From Gammaproteobacteria bacterium (lineage in GTDB: Bacteria > Pseudomonadota > Gammaproteobacteria > Acidiferrobacterales > SPGG2): a DNA stretch of 64,000 nt. The notes beneath the pieces were generated by a model. It worked only from the letters and a program-made list of their open reading frames with translations. It did no database searches and was not told the origin of the DNA. Made by a program: the position numbers and the translations under genes. This document shows positions 24,341 to 34,255 of this stretch, piece after piece; within the stretch, counting starts at the first letter, position 1, and every line of letters begins with the position of its first letter. The stretch covers positions 16,137-80,136 of the forward strand of contig JAOTYM010000001.1 of the NCBI GenBank assembly GCA_029861845.1. Direction: 5' to 3'.

Positions 24341-26607
24341 CTACGCAGCCTGAGCCGCCGGCCTCACCATTACGTGTGCTTATCGCCGACGACGAGGCTG
24401 TGATTCGGGAGTCTTACCGGGACATCCTGGCGCCGAACAGTTCCAAAACACCCGCCGGCGACAAATTCGGCGCCATGAAGGCCCAGCTTTTTGGTGCGGA
24501 TACGCAACCGGCCGAGCGTCCCCAGATTGAAGTCGTTTGCTGTGAACAAGCGGAGCAGGCGGTCGACGCGGTCGTGCAAGCTCTCGCGGCGGGCCAGCCG
24601 TTCGCGGTTGCGTTTCTCGATATTCGCATGCCCCCAGGAAAGGACGGCGTGTGGGCGGCCGAGCAAATCCGGGCGCTCGACCCCGACATCGAGATTGTCA
24701 TCGTCACCGCCTACTCTGACGTCGACCCACAAGAAATCGCCGCCCGCGTACCACCAGTCGACAAGCTCTTGTACCTGCAGAAGCCCTTTCACCCCCATGA
24801 GGTTCGCCAATGTGTCTCGTCGCTCGGCGCCAAATGGCGCGGCGCGCAGTCACTTCGAAAAAACCAGGTTCGCCTCGAGACGGCACAACGCATCGCCAAA
24901 TTCGGGTACTGGGAGTTGGACCCACAAACGGGCTACGCCTGGTGGTCGCGCGAGCTGTGCAATGTGTTCGGTTTGCCGGTCGACCACTGTAGCGGACCGA
25001 TTCAAACGCTCTGGTCGCGCATCCATCCCGACGACGAGCCGCAAGTTCAGGTGGCCATCAATCGCGCAGTGCGCGAGCGCACAGCTAGGAGCCTTGAATA
25101 CCGCATAAGGGCGCCCGATGGGTCGGAGCGATATATCCGCCAGGAAGTCATAGCGACCGATGCGGAGGACAACGTCTGTCGGATGATCGGAGCGGTGCAG
25201 GACGTCACCGAACGCAAGGTAATGGAGAACCAGATTCGCCATCTTGCGTATTTTGACCAACTCACGGAGCTACCCAATCGCACCTTCCTTACGAAGCACC
25301 TCACCTACGTGCTGAGCCAGGCCAAGCGGTACGAGCGCACCGTTGCGCTGCTCTACGTCGACCTCGATAACTTTAAACGAATCAATGATACCTTCGGGCA
25401 CAGTCGCGGCGACGACCTCTTGCGAGAAGTTTCCGTGCGGCTCAAGGCTTGTGTCCGCGAGAGTGATGTCGTCACACATGCTTCCCGGCCAGAGCGCCCA
25501 TCGCCGATGGACAAAAGTGGCACTGACACGATTATCCGCTTCGGTGGTGACGAGTTTATTGTCCTGTTGAGTGAAGTGGCTCATGTGCAGGATGCGGCGC
25601 GGGTCGCTCGGCGCATTATTCGAGCCCTGGAGGTTCCCGTACGATTTGACGCCACCGACGTAGTGGTTGGCGCAAGCATCGGCATCGCGCTGTACCCAAA
25701 CGACGGCGACACCGACGAAGTATTGCTCAAGAACGCAGACGCTGCCATGTATCACGCCAAGGAAAATGGCCGTAATAACTTTCAATTCTACACGGAGACT
25801 TTAAACGCGACGGCCTTTGAGCGACTGTCGCTCGAGGCAGATCTCAGACACGCCATCGAAACAGACGAACTCATATTGCACTATCAGCCGAAGATTAGCG
25901 TAGTGGACGGTACTGTGGTGGGGGCTGAGGCCCTGGTCCGTTGGCACCACCCCGAGCTTGGCATGGTAGGCCCCGGGGAATTCATCCCGATTGCAGAGGA
26001 GACCGGTCTCATTGTCCCGTTAGGTGAGTTTGTATTGCGTACCGCCTGCAATCAGATAAAGCAATGGGAGGATGCAGGCGTTCGCATGCCAATCTCAATC
26101 AATGTGTCATTTCGTCAATTTCGCGACCAATCTCTGATTTCCCAAGCCCGCCAAGCGCTTGCGGCCACAGGCATTAGCCCACACCTTTTAGAGATTGAGT
26201 TTACCGAGAGTGCCGTCATGGAGGACACGAGGGCAAGCGATCGACTCCTCGCCGAACTCAAGGCGCTTGGTCTTTCCATCTCCCTGGACGATTTCGGAAC
26301 CGGATACTCATCCCTTAGCCGTCTCAAACGGCTACCCATTGATATCCTGAAGATTGACCAGTCCTTTGTCAGCGACTTACTGACAAGCGCAGACGACGAA
26401 GCAATCGTGACGGCCATCATCGCGATGGCGCATCACATGAAACTGACAGTTGTCGCGGAGGGAGTCGAGACGCAGGCACAACTGGACATCCTCAGCCATC
26501 ACGGGTGCGACATCATGCAGGGTTATCTCGTGAGCCCCGCGGTACCCCCAGGCGAGTTCGAAAGCCGATTTCTGAATGGTGAGTCTCAATTAGAAGTGGC
26601 CGTTTAA
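24337..26607 (+). CDS. Response regulator REC-PAS-GGDEF-EAL (c-di-GMP turnover)
   Basis: 756-aa ORF whose start overlaps the kinase stop by 4 nt. REC ('VLIADDE', 'FLDIRMPPGKDG', 'LQKPF'), PAS, 'RFGGDEF', 'EALVRW', and 'DDFGTGYSSL' are all present. Confidence 0.85.
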   Translation: MTTQPEPPASPLRVLIADDEAVIRESYRDILAPNSSKTPAGDKFGAMKAQLFGADTQPAERPQIEVVCCEQAEQAVDAVVQALAAGQPFAVAFLDIRMPPGKDGVWAAEQIRALDPDIEIVIVTAYSDVDPQEIAARVPPVDKLLYLQKPFHPHEVRQCVSSLGAKWRGAQSLRKNQVRLETAQRIAKFGYWELDPQTGYAWWSRELCNVFGLPVDHCSGPIQTLWSRIHPDDEPQVQVAINRAVRERTARSLEYRIRAPDGSERYIRQEVIATDAEDNVCRMIGAVQDVTERKVMENQIRHLAYFDQLTELPNRTFLTKHLTYVLSQAKRYERTVALLYVDLDNFKRINDTFGHSRGDDLLREVSVRLKACVRESDVVTHASRPERPSPMDKSGTDTIIRFGGDEFIVLLSEVAHVQDAARVARRIIRALEVPVRFDATDVVVGASIGIALYPNDGDTDEVLLKNADAAMYHAKENGRNNFQFYTETLNATAFERLSLEADLRHAIETDELILHYQPKISVVDGTVVGAEALVRWHHPELGMVGPGEFIPIAEETGLIVPLGEFVLRTACNQIKQWEDAGVRMPISINVSFRQFRDQSLISQARQALAATGISPHLLEIEFTESAVMEDTRASDRLLAELKALGLSISLDDFGTGYSSLSRLKRLPIDILKIDQSFVSDLLTSADDEAIVTAIIAMAHHMKLTVVAEGVETQAQLDILSHHGCDIMQGYLVSPAVPPGEFESRFLNGESQLEVAV

Positions 26608-26624
26608 TAGACGGGCAATCAGTT

Positions 26625-26741
26625 ATGCACAACCCCACTGAGCTGCTAGGGCATGATGATCCAAAGACAACAAATCGGGTTTATCGCCGGGGACCACGCA
26701 GAGTGACCCCACTCAAGCCGAAAATATTAGGCAATCGGTGA
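26625..26741 (+). pseudogene. C-terminal remnant of a tyrosine integrase next to the tRNA-Lys 3' end
   Basis: The frame reads '...ELLGHDDPKTTNRVYRRGPRRVTPLKPKILGNR*', which is the LGH...T..Y box of tyrosine recombinases. There is no upstream integrase body; the EAL gene ends at 26607. Confidence 0.6.
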
Positions 26742-26788
26742 TTTATTAGGCAGCGGTTTTTTGAAAAGACCGATAAGCTATTGATTAT

Positions 26789-26864
26789 TGGTGGGCCGTG
26801 CTGGAATCGAACCAGCGACCCTCTGATTAAAAGTCAGATGCTCTGCCAACTGAGCTAACGGCCC
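26789..26864 (-). tRNA. tRNA-Lys (anticodon UUU)
   Basis: Reverse complement 'GGGCCGTTAGCTCAGTTGGCAGAGCATCTGACTTTTAATCAGAGGGTCGCTGGTTCGATTCCAGCACGGCCCACCA'. Full cloverleaf, with anticodon stem TCTGA/TCAGA, loop CTTTTAA and an encoded CCA. Confidence 0.95.
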
Positions 26865-26950
26865 GTATGAACAATCGGAGGGAAAAAGCGGGCGCATTAT
26901 ACCCCTCCCCATCCCTCCCCGACTAGCGGCGAAGAGCGCCACTGAGCTCA

Positions 26951-26980
26951 GAAAAGGTAGGGGCGCTTTTTAGCGCCCCT
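26951..26980 (-). terminator. Rho-independent terminator at the end of cpoB
   Basis: 9-bp stem 'aggggcgct'/'agcgcccct' overlapping the cpoB stop codon, followed on the minus strand by 'ccttttc'. Confidence 0.65.
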
Positions 26981-27746
26981 CTTCGTCCATCTTGGTCAGG
27001 CGAATCTGTGCGAGCTTGGCGACAGTCGTATTCGGAAAACGGGCCACAACATCAGTCAGTGCCTGGCGCGCCTTCTCCCACGTGCCGATCTCATAGTAGC
27101 TGTAACCAATCTTCAACAAGGCATCGGCGACCTTAGGGCTGTCCGGATATTCCTTGACCACACGGTCAAACTCCTTCAGTGCAAGCCCGAAGTTGCGTAT
27201 GACGTAATTCGCCTCGGCCGTCCAGTACTGGGCATTCCCGGCCAATGGGCTGGTCGGGTGTTGTTGGGTGAACGCTCGAAAGGCCTGGCTCGCGCGCGAA
27301 TAGAGCCCCTGCTTCAGGAGATTGAATGCTGCCTCGTACTGCTGCTGCTCCTCAGCCGTGGCGGTTAAACGCGAAGTCGATGGCGTGGTAGCAGGCGCTG
27401 GTACCGTCGCGGCTTGCGTTTGGGTCGGCGCCGTGGGCTGCGGACGCGTCGTTTGCGTAGTAGCGCCGCGCTCGATGTTGGTCAATCGTCGATCGAGATC
27501 GCGCAACAGTTCGCGCTGCCTAGTACTTAAACGTTCTAGCTCGTGGCTCTGCAACTCAGCCTTGTTTCGGAGTTCACGCAATTCCGTCTGCATCGCTTCC
27601 ATCTGCGACAGCAACTCTAATACCGTGTCCTGCGAGAGTTGCGCGAATACAGGCGCAGACAGAAGACTCACGACGGCTAGGCAAGCCGCCGTAATTATTG
27701 TCTTCGTTACACGCGCAACGGTGAGTATGTGACTACTAGTAGACAA
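26970..27746 (-). CDS. cpoB: Cell division coordinator CpoB (YbgF), TPR protein
   Basis: 258-aa ORF. Signal peptide, coiled coil, Q/T/P-rich linker and C-terminal TPR repeats. It is the last gene of the tol-pal cluster. Confidence 0.85.
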   Translation of the reverse strand: MSTSSHILTVARVTKTIITAACLAVVSLLSAPVFAQLSQDTVLELLSQMEAMQTELRELRNKAELQSHELERLSTRQRELLRDLDRRLTNIERGATTQTTRPQPTAPTQTQAATVPAPATTPSTSRLTATAEEQQQYEAAFNLLKQGLYSRASQAFRAFTQQHPTSPLAGNAQYWTAEANYVIRNFGLALKEFDRVVKEYPDSPKVADALLKIGYSYYEIGTWEKARQALTDVVARFPNTTVAKLAQIRLTKMDEEGR

Positions 27747-28275
27747 ATTCCACGCGCCGGTTTAGCCGCCAGGCAGATTCATCGTGGCCGGTCGCGACAG
27801 GATTCTCCTCACCATAGGACCGAGCGGCTAATCGCTCACTGTTGATACCTAACAACCGCAACATGCGTCTTACCGCCTGTCCCCGGCGCTCGCCTAGCGC
27901 TAGATTGTACTCGCGGGTACCACGCTCATCGGCATGGCCCTCAAGGTTAAGCCTAACATCAGGTCTAGCTGCGAGATAGGCGGCGTGGGCTTCGATAACC
28001 GCCCGCGATTCACTATCTATCGCACTGCTGTCAAATTCGAAGTGCACACGCAGCTTAGTGGGCCTTTCCCCCGCCATTGCCATCTGCATCTGCTCATTGA
28101 TACTCTCCCCTGTCATGCTGCCGCTATCGGCCGTACCCGTTTCGGCACTACTTGATCCCGAACTGCTCGTGCTTTGCTCATCCACCAGCGGCTCTTGGAC
28201 GGCAGCGCCACCTCCACACGCGGCCACACCGACCGCAAATATTAGTGCCAACACGATATAAGAAAAATTTTTCAT
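27736..28275 (-). CDS. pal: Peptidoglycan-associated lipoprotein Pal
   Basis: 179-aa ORF. Lipobox 'VAAC'. OmpA-like C-terminal domain 'LEGHADERGTREYNLALGERR...NRRVEFVY'. Confidence 0.9.
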   Translation of the reverse strand: MKNFSYIVLALIFAVGVAACGGGAAVQEPLVDEQSTSSSGSSSAETGTADSGSMTGESINEQMQMAMAGERPTKLRVHFEFDSSAIDSESRAVIEAHAAYLAARPDVRLNLEGHADERGTREYNLALGERRGQAVRRMLRLLGINSERLAARSYGEENPVATGHDESAWRLNRRVEFVY

Positions 28276-28279
28276 AGCA

Positions 28280-29596
28280 TTACTCCTTTAAGGCTAGTTC
28301 ACGATTATATGGCGACCAAGCTGGCTCTCGAACATCGCCTTCCTCGAGCTTGTACAATTGTCGTACGCGCCCATCCGAAGACACCGATGCCAGCACACCC
28401 CGCCCTCCCACAGCGGTGGCATAAAGTATCATGCGACCGTTAGGTGCAAAACTGGGCGATTCATCAAGTGGCGTGTCCGATAACACCTGCAGTACCTTGT
28501 CCTTGAGTCGCAACACACCGATATGGTACTTACCCTGAAATGCAGTTACGAGGGTAATCATTTCCCCATCCGCCGAATACGATGCCCGCGCGTTTGAATC
28601 ACCCTCGAACGTCAGGCGTTCAATGCTACGCCCACCCACCTTCATCCGATAGATCTGCGGCTTGCCGGCACGATCCGAGGTAAATATGATATCACGCCCG
28701 TCCGGCGACCAGGCAGGCTCAGTATCAATTACACGATTTTTCGTAAGCCGTTTCAAGCGCTTGGTATCGAGATCGAGCACATAGATCTCCGGATTTCCGT
28801 CCTTCGATAGGGTCAATGCCAGGCGCCTGCCATCTGGCGACCAGGCGGGGGCGCCATTGATGCCCGGGAAATTCGCGATCAACTCGCGAGATCTGTCCGC
28901 CACACCCTGAACAAAAACCTTAGAATTTCGTTCTTCAAACGCGACGTACGCGATTTTGCTGCCATCGGGCGACCAGGCCGGTGACAATATCGAATCCTGC
29001 GACTTGAGAATCGTTACCGCATTGTAACCATCCGAGTCTGCCACCTGGAGCTTATAGGTGATTCCGGTCGGCCCATCTTCCTTGGTGACATAAGCAATGC
29101 GAGTATTGAAGGCGCCCGGCTCGCCAGTAAGTTTTTCATGGATAACGTCGCTGATCTGGTGTGCCACGGCTCGCAACTTGTCGGCGCTCACCGAATACCG
29201 GATACCGGCAAGTTGTTGCTCGCGAAACACATCATAGAGTCGGAATGTGACTTCGAACTGATTGGCACTGCGCTGGCGTATAGTGCCAATCGCCAACGCC
29301 TCTGCCTTCGCTATGCGCCAATCCTTGAATATGACTTCACTATTACGATGCGGCGTAGAAAGAAAATCCTGCTTCGGGATCAGAGAGAAGCGACCGCTGC
29401 GGGCGAGATCGGAGGCGACAATGGCGGGCACATCGTGCACCGGTTTCACTTGACCCTCAACACTAAACGGCACAATGGCGACCGGGATGCCGACATCTGC
29501 TCCTTGAGTAATCTCAATAGTCAAAACAGCGTGGACGCTTGTACTCCAAATACCTACGCTCACAAACAAAAGATAGTTAATAAGATGCTTAAACAT
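28280..29596 (-). CDS. tolB: Tol-Pal system beta-propeller protein TolB
   Basis: 438-aa ORF. Signal peptide, and repeated 'PAWSPDG' beta-propeller blades. Confidence 0.95.
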   Translation of the reverse strand: MFKHLINYLLFVSVGIWSTSVHAVLTIEITQGADVGIPVAIVPFSVEGQVKPVHDVPAIVASDLARSGRFSLIPKQDFLSTPHRNSEVIFKDWRIAKAEALAIGTIRQRSANQFEVTFRLYDVFREQQLAGIRYSVSADKLRAVAHQISDVIHEKLTGEPGAFNTRIAYVTKEDGPTGITYKLQVADSDGYNAVTILKSQDSILSPAWSPDGSKIAYVAFEERNSKVFVQGVADRSRELIANFPGINGAPAWSPDGRRLALTLSKDGNPEIYVLDLDTKRLKRLTKNRVIDTEPAWSPDGRDIIFTSDRAGKPQIYRMKVGGRSIERLTFEGDSNARASYSADGEMITLVTAFQGKYHIGVLRLKDKVLQVLSDTPLDESPSFAPNGRMILYATAVGGRGVLASVSSDGRVRQLYKLEEGDVREPAWSPYNRELALKE

Positions 29597-29614
29597 CGTA
29601 ACTAAATAGCTCCG

Positions 29615-30466
29615 CTAATTCTCGGGATTGAATATAAACTCGATCTCGCGAAAGTACTCGAAAAGATCCCTGTCTTCCGGTAACGGCAGTGGTGACGCCT
29701 TATATACCGCATTTTCTACCGATCGGTCGAATCTCTCGTCACCACTGGTTTTGGCCACCGTCACCTGGAGCACATCACCGTTGGGCACTAGCCTTACCCG
29801 CACCGTGCACTGCAATCCCGTCTGGGCCCCAGGGGGGCGTGCCCAGTTTCGGCTAACCTTCTGACGAATAAGGAGTTTATACTTTTCGGCCACGGTCAAC
29901 GCGCGCGCTTTACGGGCTGCCTCCTTGCGATCGCGCTCTTCGGCCTCGAGTGATTCGGCCAATTGTCGCTCGGCTTCCTGACGCTGACGTTCTTCCTCCT
30001 CTCGTTTTCTACGTTCTTCCTCTATGCGCTGTTGCTCCTCTGCTAAGCGTTGCTTTTCTTCCTCCAACCGGCGTCTTTCCTCTTCAAGACGTTGCTCCTC
30101 TACTTTTCTTTGTTCTTCTTCTTCGCGTTTCTGTTCCGCTTCTTCTTTGGCTTTTTGTTCCGCGAGTCGCTTTTTTTCCGCTTCCTTGCGCTTACGTTCC
30201 GCCTCAGCTTTACGCCTCTGCTCTTCCTTCTTGCGTTTCGCCTCCGCCTTCTTGCGCTTGGCTTCGGCCTTCTTCTTCGCCTCTTGCTTCTTCAGCTCCT
30301 CGGTATCATCAACCACGACTGCTTTTACGACATCGGCGCCCGGGCTTGGCTCGCTCGGCCAACGAAACGCAATCACCGCGATCGCCACAACCACGAGATG
30401 CACCGCTATCGCAAGTATAAGCGCTCTAAACCTACCCGGCGTTTTACGAGCCCGGAGTCGCCGCAC
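29615..30466 (-). CDS. tolA: TolA
   Basis: 283-aa ORF. N-terminal TM anchor, a long K/E/A-rich helical domain II and a TolA/TonB-like C-terminal domain. Position is between tolR and tolB. Confidence 0.85.
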   Translation of the reverse strand: MRRLRARKTPGRFRALILAIAVHLVVVAIAVIAFRWPSEPSPGADVVKAVVVDDTEELKKQEAKKKAEAKRKKAEAKRKKEEQRRKAEAERKRKEAEKKRLAEQKAKEEAEQKREEEEQRKVEEQRLEEERRRLEEEKQRLAEEQQRIEEERRKREEEERQRQEAERQLAESLEAEERDRKEAARKARALTVAEKYKLLIRQKVSRNWARPPGAQTGLQCTVRVRLVPNGDVLQVTVAKTSGDERFDRSVENAVYKASPLPLPEDRDLFEYFREIEFIFNPEN

Positions 30467-30467
30467 C

Positions 30468-30884
30468 TTAGTTCTTCAAGATAGGTTGTGTGATTAGGCC
30501 GACGCTGGGTGCCCCTGCCGCCTTTAGCAGAGCCATTGCTTCAACGACCTTACCGTAAGGCACACGACGATCGCCTCGAACCAAAATCGGCGTCTGCGGT
30601 CGCAACCGCATGACCACAGCAACTTTCTTGCGCAAGGCAGCCGGTTTGATTTTGCGATCGTCGAGATAGTATTGGCCCTTTTTGTCGACCGTCACCACCA
30701 GGGTTTCCGAGTCCTTGCTAGACGCTGGGCTGGCCGCTGTCTCTGGCAATTCCACTTTCACGCCTTGGCTGAGCAGTGGCGCCGTGATCATAAAAATCAC
30801 CAATAATACGAGCATGACGTCGATGTAGGGGACGACGTTAATCTCGCTCATGAGCCTCTTACGACGGGCGCGATACGCTTCCAC
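30468..30884 (-). CDS. tolR: TolR (ExbD family)
   Basis: 138-aa ORF. 'MSEINVVPYIDVMLVLLVIFMITAP' is the ExbD/TolR signature. Confidence 0.9.
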   Translation of the reverse strand: MEAYRARRKRLMSEINVVPYIDVMLVLLVIFMITAPLLSQGVKVELPETAASPASSKDSETLVVTVDKKGQYYLDDRKIKPAALRKKVAVVMRLRPQTPILVRGDRRVPYGKVVEAMALLKAAGAPSVGLITQPILKN

Positions 30885-30886
30885 GC

Positions 30887-31585
30887 CTAGGCCTTCGGTA
30901 CTAACGCCTGTCGTTGCACGATGCTAGAGAATTCATCCATGAAGATCTCGTATCGGGTCACCAACCGTTCTACTCGGGTCGAATACCGATTATAGGCAAT
31001 AACCGCCGGTATCGCCGCGAACAGGCCCATAGCGGTGGCGATGAGGGCCTCAGCAATCCCGGGCGCCACATGGGCAATGGTGGCCTGTTGCAGCGAGCCC
31101 AAAGCGATAAACGAGTTCATGATACCCCACACCGTCCCAAACAGCCCCACATACGGGCTAATGGACCCAACCGTGGCCAGGAAAGGTAGATGGGTTTCGA
31201 GGAAATCGATTTCGCGCGACAACGCCACACGCATAGCCCGTTGCACACCTTCCATGATGTCGCCGGGCTGGATCTTAGGCGGTTTGGTGAGTCGCTTGAA
31301 TTCCCTAAAACCATCGACAAAGACGCTCGCCATCCCCTCAGGCACAACGCCCCCACGACTGAGGTCAGAGTACATTTGGTTCAAGTTACCGCCCGACCAA
31401 AAGCGATGTTCGAAACGATCCGCGGTACGTGCCGCCGACTGGAACACGAACCACTTGCTAATAATGAAGTACCACGAAATTAAAGAAGCCAACACCAACA
31501 TCAACATAACCAACTGTACTAATAGGCTCGCTTGCTTTATTAGGGTAAACAATACGATCGCGTCGACTGAGGTCGTGATATTCAA
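30887..31585 (-). CDS. tolQ: TolQ (MotA/ExbB family)
   Basis: The ORF is open to 31663. However, an in-frame TTG at 31585 overlaps the ybgC stop and gives the canonical N-terminus 'LNITTSVDAIVLFTLIKQASLLVQLVML'. MotA/TolQ/ExbB core 'GLFGTVWGIMNSF'. Confidence 0.85.
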   Translation of the reverse strand: MNITTSVDAIVLFTLIKQASLLVQLVMLMLVLASLISWYFIISKWFVFQSAARTADRFEHRFWSGGNLNQMYSDLSRGGVVPEGMASVFVDGFREFKRLTKPPKIQPGDIMEGVQRAMRVALSREIDFLETHLPFLATVGSISPYVGLFGTVWGIMNSFIALGSLQQATIAHVAPGIAEALIATAMGLFAAIPAVIAYNRYSTRVERLVTRYEIFMDEFSSIVQRQALVPKA

Positions 31586-32016
31586 AAGAGGGTCACCGTA
31601 TCTAACTGCGCGACAACACGATTGGGAATCGAGCGTGGTGAAAGAGACCGCGCATCCAAACACGCCACCTTAACTTCTGCTTCGCAAAGCGTAGTAGAGT
31701 TTCGCTGAACATCTTGCTTCAGGGTCAGACTCGCACCGCCTCGCCGGCGTATGTTCACGGTTGCCTCAAGCAAGTCATTAAACCGTCCGGGCTTGTAGAA
31801 ATCCACTTTAACCGCGCGCACTGCGAATATCACACCCTCCTCCGCCGACAACGCATCCTGTTCAAACCCCAACCCCCGCAGCCATTCCGTGCGTGCCCGC
31901 TCCATGAACTTGAGGTAGTTGGCATAATAAACCAACCCACCCGCGTCAGTGTCTTCATAATAGACACGTACCGGTATGGAAAAATTCCCCTGCCTGGACC
32001 GTTCTGATTCAATCAT
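31582..32016 (-). CDS. ybgC: Tol-Pal-associated acyl-CoA thioesterase YbgC (4HBT fold)
   Basis: 144-aa ORF. 'VRVYYEDTDAGGLVYYANYLKFMERARTEWLR'. Confidence 0.9.
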   Translation of the reverse strand: MIESERSRQGNFSIPVRVYYEDTDAGGLVYYANYLKFMERARTEWLRGLGFEQDALSAEEGVIFAVRAVKVDFYKPGRFNDLLEATVNIRRRGGASLTLKQDVQRNSTTLCEAEVKVACLDARSLSPRSIPNRVVAQLDTVTLF

Positions 32017-32040
32017 AAACGCTTGCGCCCCGAGTTTGGG

Positions 32041-33090
32041 TTAGTCACTTTCGAAAATACCGGCTTGTCGCTGATCTTGGCTTGATGGAACCGCAAGGCC
32101 GAAGTGTTGCCAGGCCCTGGGGGTTGCCGTACGCCCACGCGGTGTGCGCATCAAGAATCCCTGCTGAATCAGAAATGGTTCGACCACATCCTCAATGGTG
32201 CCGCGTTCCTCACCGACAGCGGCGGCCAGGCTATCGATGCCCACCGGCCCACCGGCAAATTTTTCCACTACCGTTCGTAATAACTTGCGGTCCAGCATGT
32301 CGAAACCGCTTTCATCGACGTCCAGCAGCGTGAGCGCCATTTCTGCACTCTCGCGGGTAAGATGCCCGTTTCCTTTAACTTGTGCGAAATCTCGTGCCCG
32401 ACGCAACAGCCGATTGGCAATACGCGGCGTACCGCGGGCGCGATGGGCAATGGCCGATACCCCTTCTGGTTCGACCGGCACGTCGAGGATGGTCGCAGAT
32501 CGATTAATTATTTTGCCAAGTTCCTCGGCTGTGTAATATTCCAAGCGCTGAATAATACCGAAGCGATCACGCAGCGGCGAAGTTAGGCGACCGGCACGAG
32601 TGGTCGCTCCAATCAAGGTGAACGGTGGTAAATCGAGCTTAATCGCACGTGCGGCCGGGCCCTCGCCAATCACAATATCTAGTTGATAATCCTCCATGGC
32701 AGGATAGAGGATCTCTTCAACCACTGGACTTAGGCGGTGGATCTCATCGATAAATAATACATCTTTAGGTTGCAAGTTAGTCAGCAGCGCGGCCAAATCG
32801 CCGGGACGTTCGAGCACCGGCCCTGACGTTTGCCGCAGGTTTACGCCAAGCTCGTTAGCAATGATGTGCGCGAGCGTTGTTTTACCAAGACCTGGCGGGC
32901 CGAATACCAATACATGATCCATGGCCTCACCACGCTTACGCGCGGCCGGAATAAAGACTTCCATCTGCGTATGCACGTGTGCTTGCCCAACGTACTCGCC
33001 AAGGGTTATTGGCCGTAAGCCAGGTTCTCGGTTCGCATCTTCGGGTGTACTCAGAACGTGGGCGGAAACGAGACGATCGGATTCAATCAC
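32041..33090 (-). CDS. ruvB: Holliday junction helicase RuvB
   Basis: 349-aa ORF. Walker A 'GPPGLGKTT', 'LFIDEIHRL', and full-length RuvB similarity. Confidence 0.95.
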   Translation of the reverse strand: MIESDRLVSAHVLSTPEDANREPGLRPITLGEYVGQAHVHTQMEVFIPAARKRGEAMDHVLVFGPPGLGKTTLAHIIANELGVNLRQTSGPVLERPGDLAALLTNLQPKDVLFIDEIHRLSPVVEEILYPAMEDYQLDIVIGEGPAARAIKLDLPPFTLIGATTRAGRLTSPLRDRFGIIQRLEYYTAEELGKIINRSATILDVPVEPEGVSAIAHRARGTPRIANRLLRRARDFAQVKGNGHLTRESAEMALTLLDVDESGFDMLDRKLLRTVVEKFAGGPVGIDSLAAAVGEERGTIEDVVEPFLIQQGFLMRTPRGRTATPRAWQHFGLAVPSSQDQRQAGIFESD

Positions 33091-33094
33091 ATTC

Positions 33095-33691
33095 TTATCC
33101 TACGGCAGCCTTAAGCGCCCGACGAATTATTTCTTCGGTCGTCATACCGCTGGGGGCCACACCATGAACAGCGCGACTGGCCTCGTTGGGCTTATAGCCA
33201 AGTGCCACTAGTGCACTAACCGCCTCGCCAACCGGATCTTGTTTTGCAGTGGTGGTACAAACACCTGTCAGTTCAACCTCATCATGGCCGACAAACGCTT
33301 TGTCACGCATCTCCATTACTAAACGCTGCGCGGTCTTGCGGCCGATACCGGGGGTTTGGCTCAGCCGCGCCACATCCTCACTACTAATGCAATGCATGAA
33401 TTCCTCTTCCGACAATCCAGACAAGATCGCCAAGGCTACCCGCGGCCCGATACCACTTATCTTAAGCAGACTGCGGAACAATCGGCGCTGGTTTTCGCGG
33501 CTAAATCCATATAGCAGGTGCGCATCGTCGCGCACCACCATGTGCGTGTACAGGGTAGTGTCCTCTCCCATGGCCGGGAGATCGTAAAAGGTCGTCATCG
33601 GCGCTTCCAGTTCGTAACCCACACCCGCCACATCCAACAGTAGTGATGGCGGTTCCTTGCCCAGTAATCTCCCCCTTAGCCTACCGATCAT
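33095..33691 (-). CDS. ruvA: Holliday junction DNA-binding protein RuvA
   Basis: The canonical start '[10 protein letters not shown]' at 33691 overlaps the ruvC stop (ATGA). The longer ORF to 33763 is unlikely. Confidence 0.9.
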   Translation of the reverse strand: MIGRLRGRLLGKEPPSLLLDVAGVGYELEAPMTTFYDLPAMGEDTTLYTHMVVRDDAHLLYGFSRENQRRLFRSLLKISGIGPRVALAILSGLSEEEFMHCISSEDVARLSQTPGIGRKTAQRLVMEMRDKAFVGHDEVELTGVCTTTAKQDPVGEAVSALVALGYKPNEASRAVHGVAPSGMTTEEIIRRALKAAVG

Positions 33692-34206
33692 CAGACTACC
33701 CTCGTCCGCGCCCCTATTCCGCGGGTTGCCGCCGCATGGCCCATCGCATAGTGTGCGTGGCAAATCGCACAGGCAAGCGCATCGGCGGCATCGGCTTGCG
33801 GGGTCCCGGACAAACTAAGCAATACCTTTACCATGTGCTGCACCTGTTGCTTCCGTGCCTGACCGTTACCAACCACTGCGCGCTTGATTTGTAACGCCGT
33901 ATATTCCATAGCTTCCAGTTCATGATTGATACCGGCACAGATTGCTACGCCTCGGGCCTGTCCCAGCTTGAGTGCCGAGTCCGCATTCCTAGCCATAAAA
34001 ACTTTTTCAACCACCAGTACGTCGGGAATGTAGCTGGTGATAACCGCAGAAATCCCATCGTAGATGGTCTTCAGACGCTGTGATTGACTGTTGCCCTCGG
34101 TACGCACGCAACCGCTATCGACGTACGCTATGCCACCGTCCCTAGCAACGTTAATCATCCCGAACCCAGTAATGCGTGAGCCTGGATCAATGCCCAGCAC
34201 GCGCAT
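33691..34206 (-). CDS. ruvC: Holliday junction resolvase RuvC
   Basis: 171-aa ORF. '[16 protein letters not shown]', RNase H-like fold. Confidence 0.95.
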   Translation of the reverse strand: MRVLGIDPGSRITGFGMINVARDGGIAYVDSGCVRTEGNSQSQRLKTIYDGISAVITSYIPDVLVVEKVFMARNADSALKLGQARGVAICAGINHELEAMEYTALQIKRAVVGNGQARKQQVQHMVKVLLSLSGTPQADAADALACAICHAHYAMGHAAATRGIGARTRVV

Positions 34207-34255
34207 CGGTTAGATGAGTATCCGAGGGAATGTCGTCATGGGTCTTGCGGCTGTT

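Noticed and set aside
29900-30320. A tandem DNA repeat or low-complexity element with long plus-strand ORFs (29950..30420, 30024..30497, 30050..30484)
   Set aside because: This is the K/E/A-rich helical domain II of TolA on the minus strand. The plus-strand ORFs are antisense artefacts of the biased composition.
30887-31663. A long form of TolQ (258 aa), and a long form of RuvA (33095..33763)
   Set aside because: The extra N-terminal residues are non-conserved and overlap the upstream genes. Canonical N-termini appear at an in-frame TTG (31585) and ATG (33691) that are translationally coupled to the preceding stop codons.
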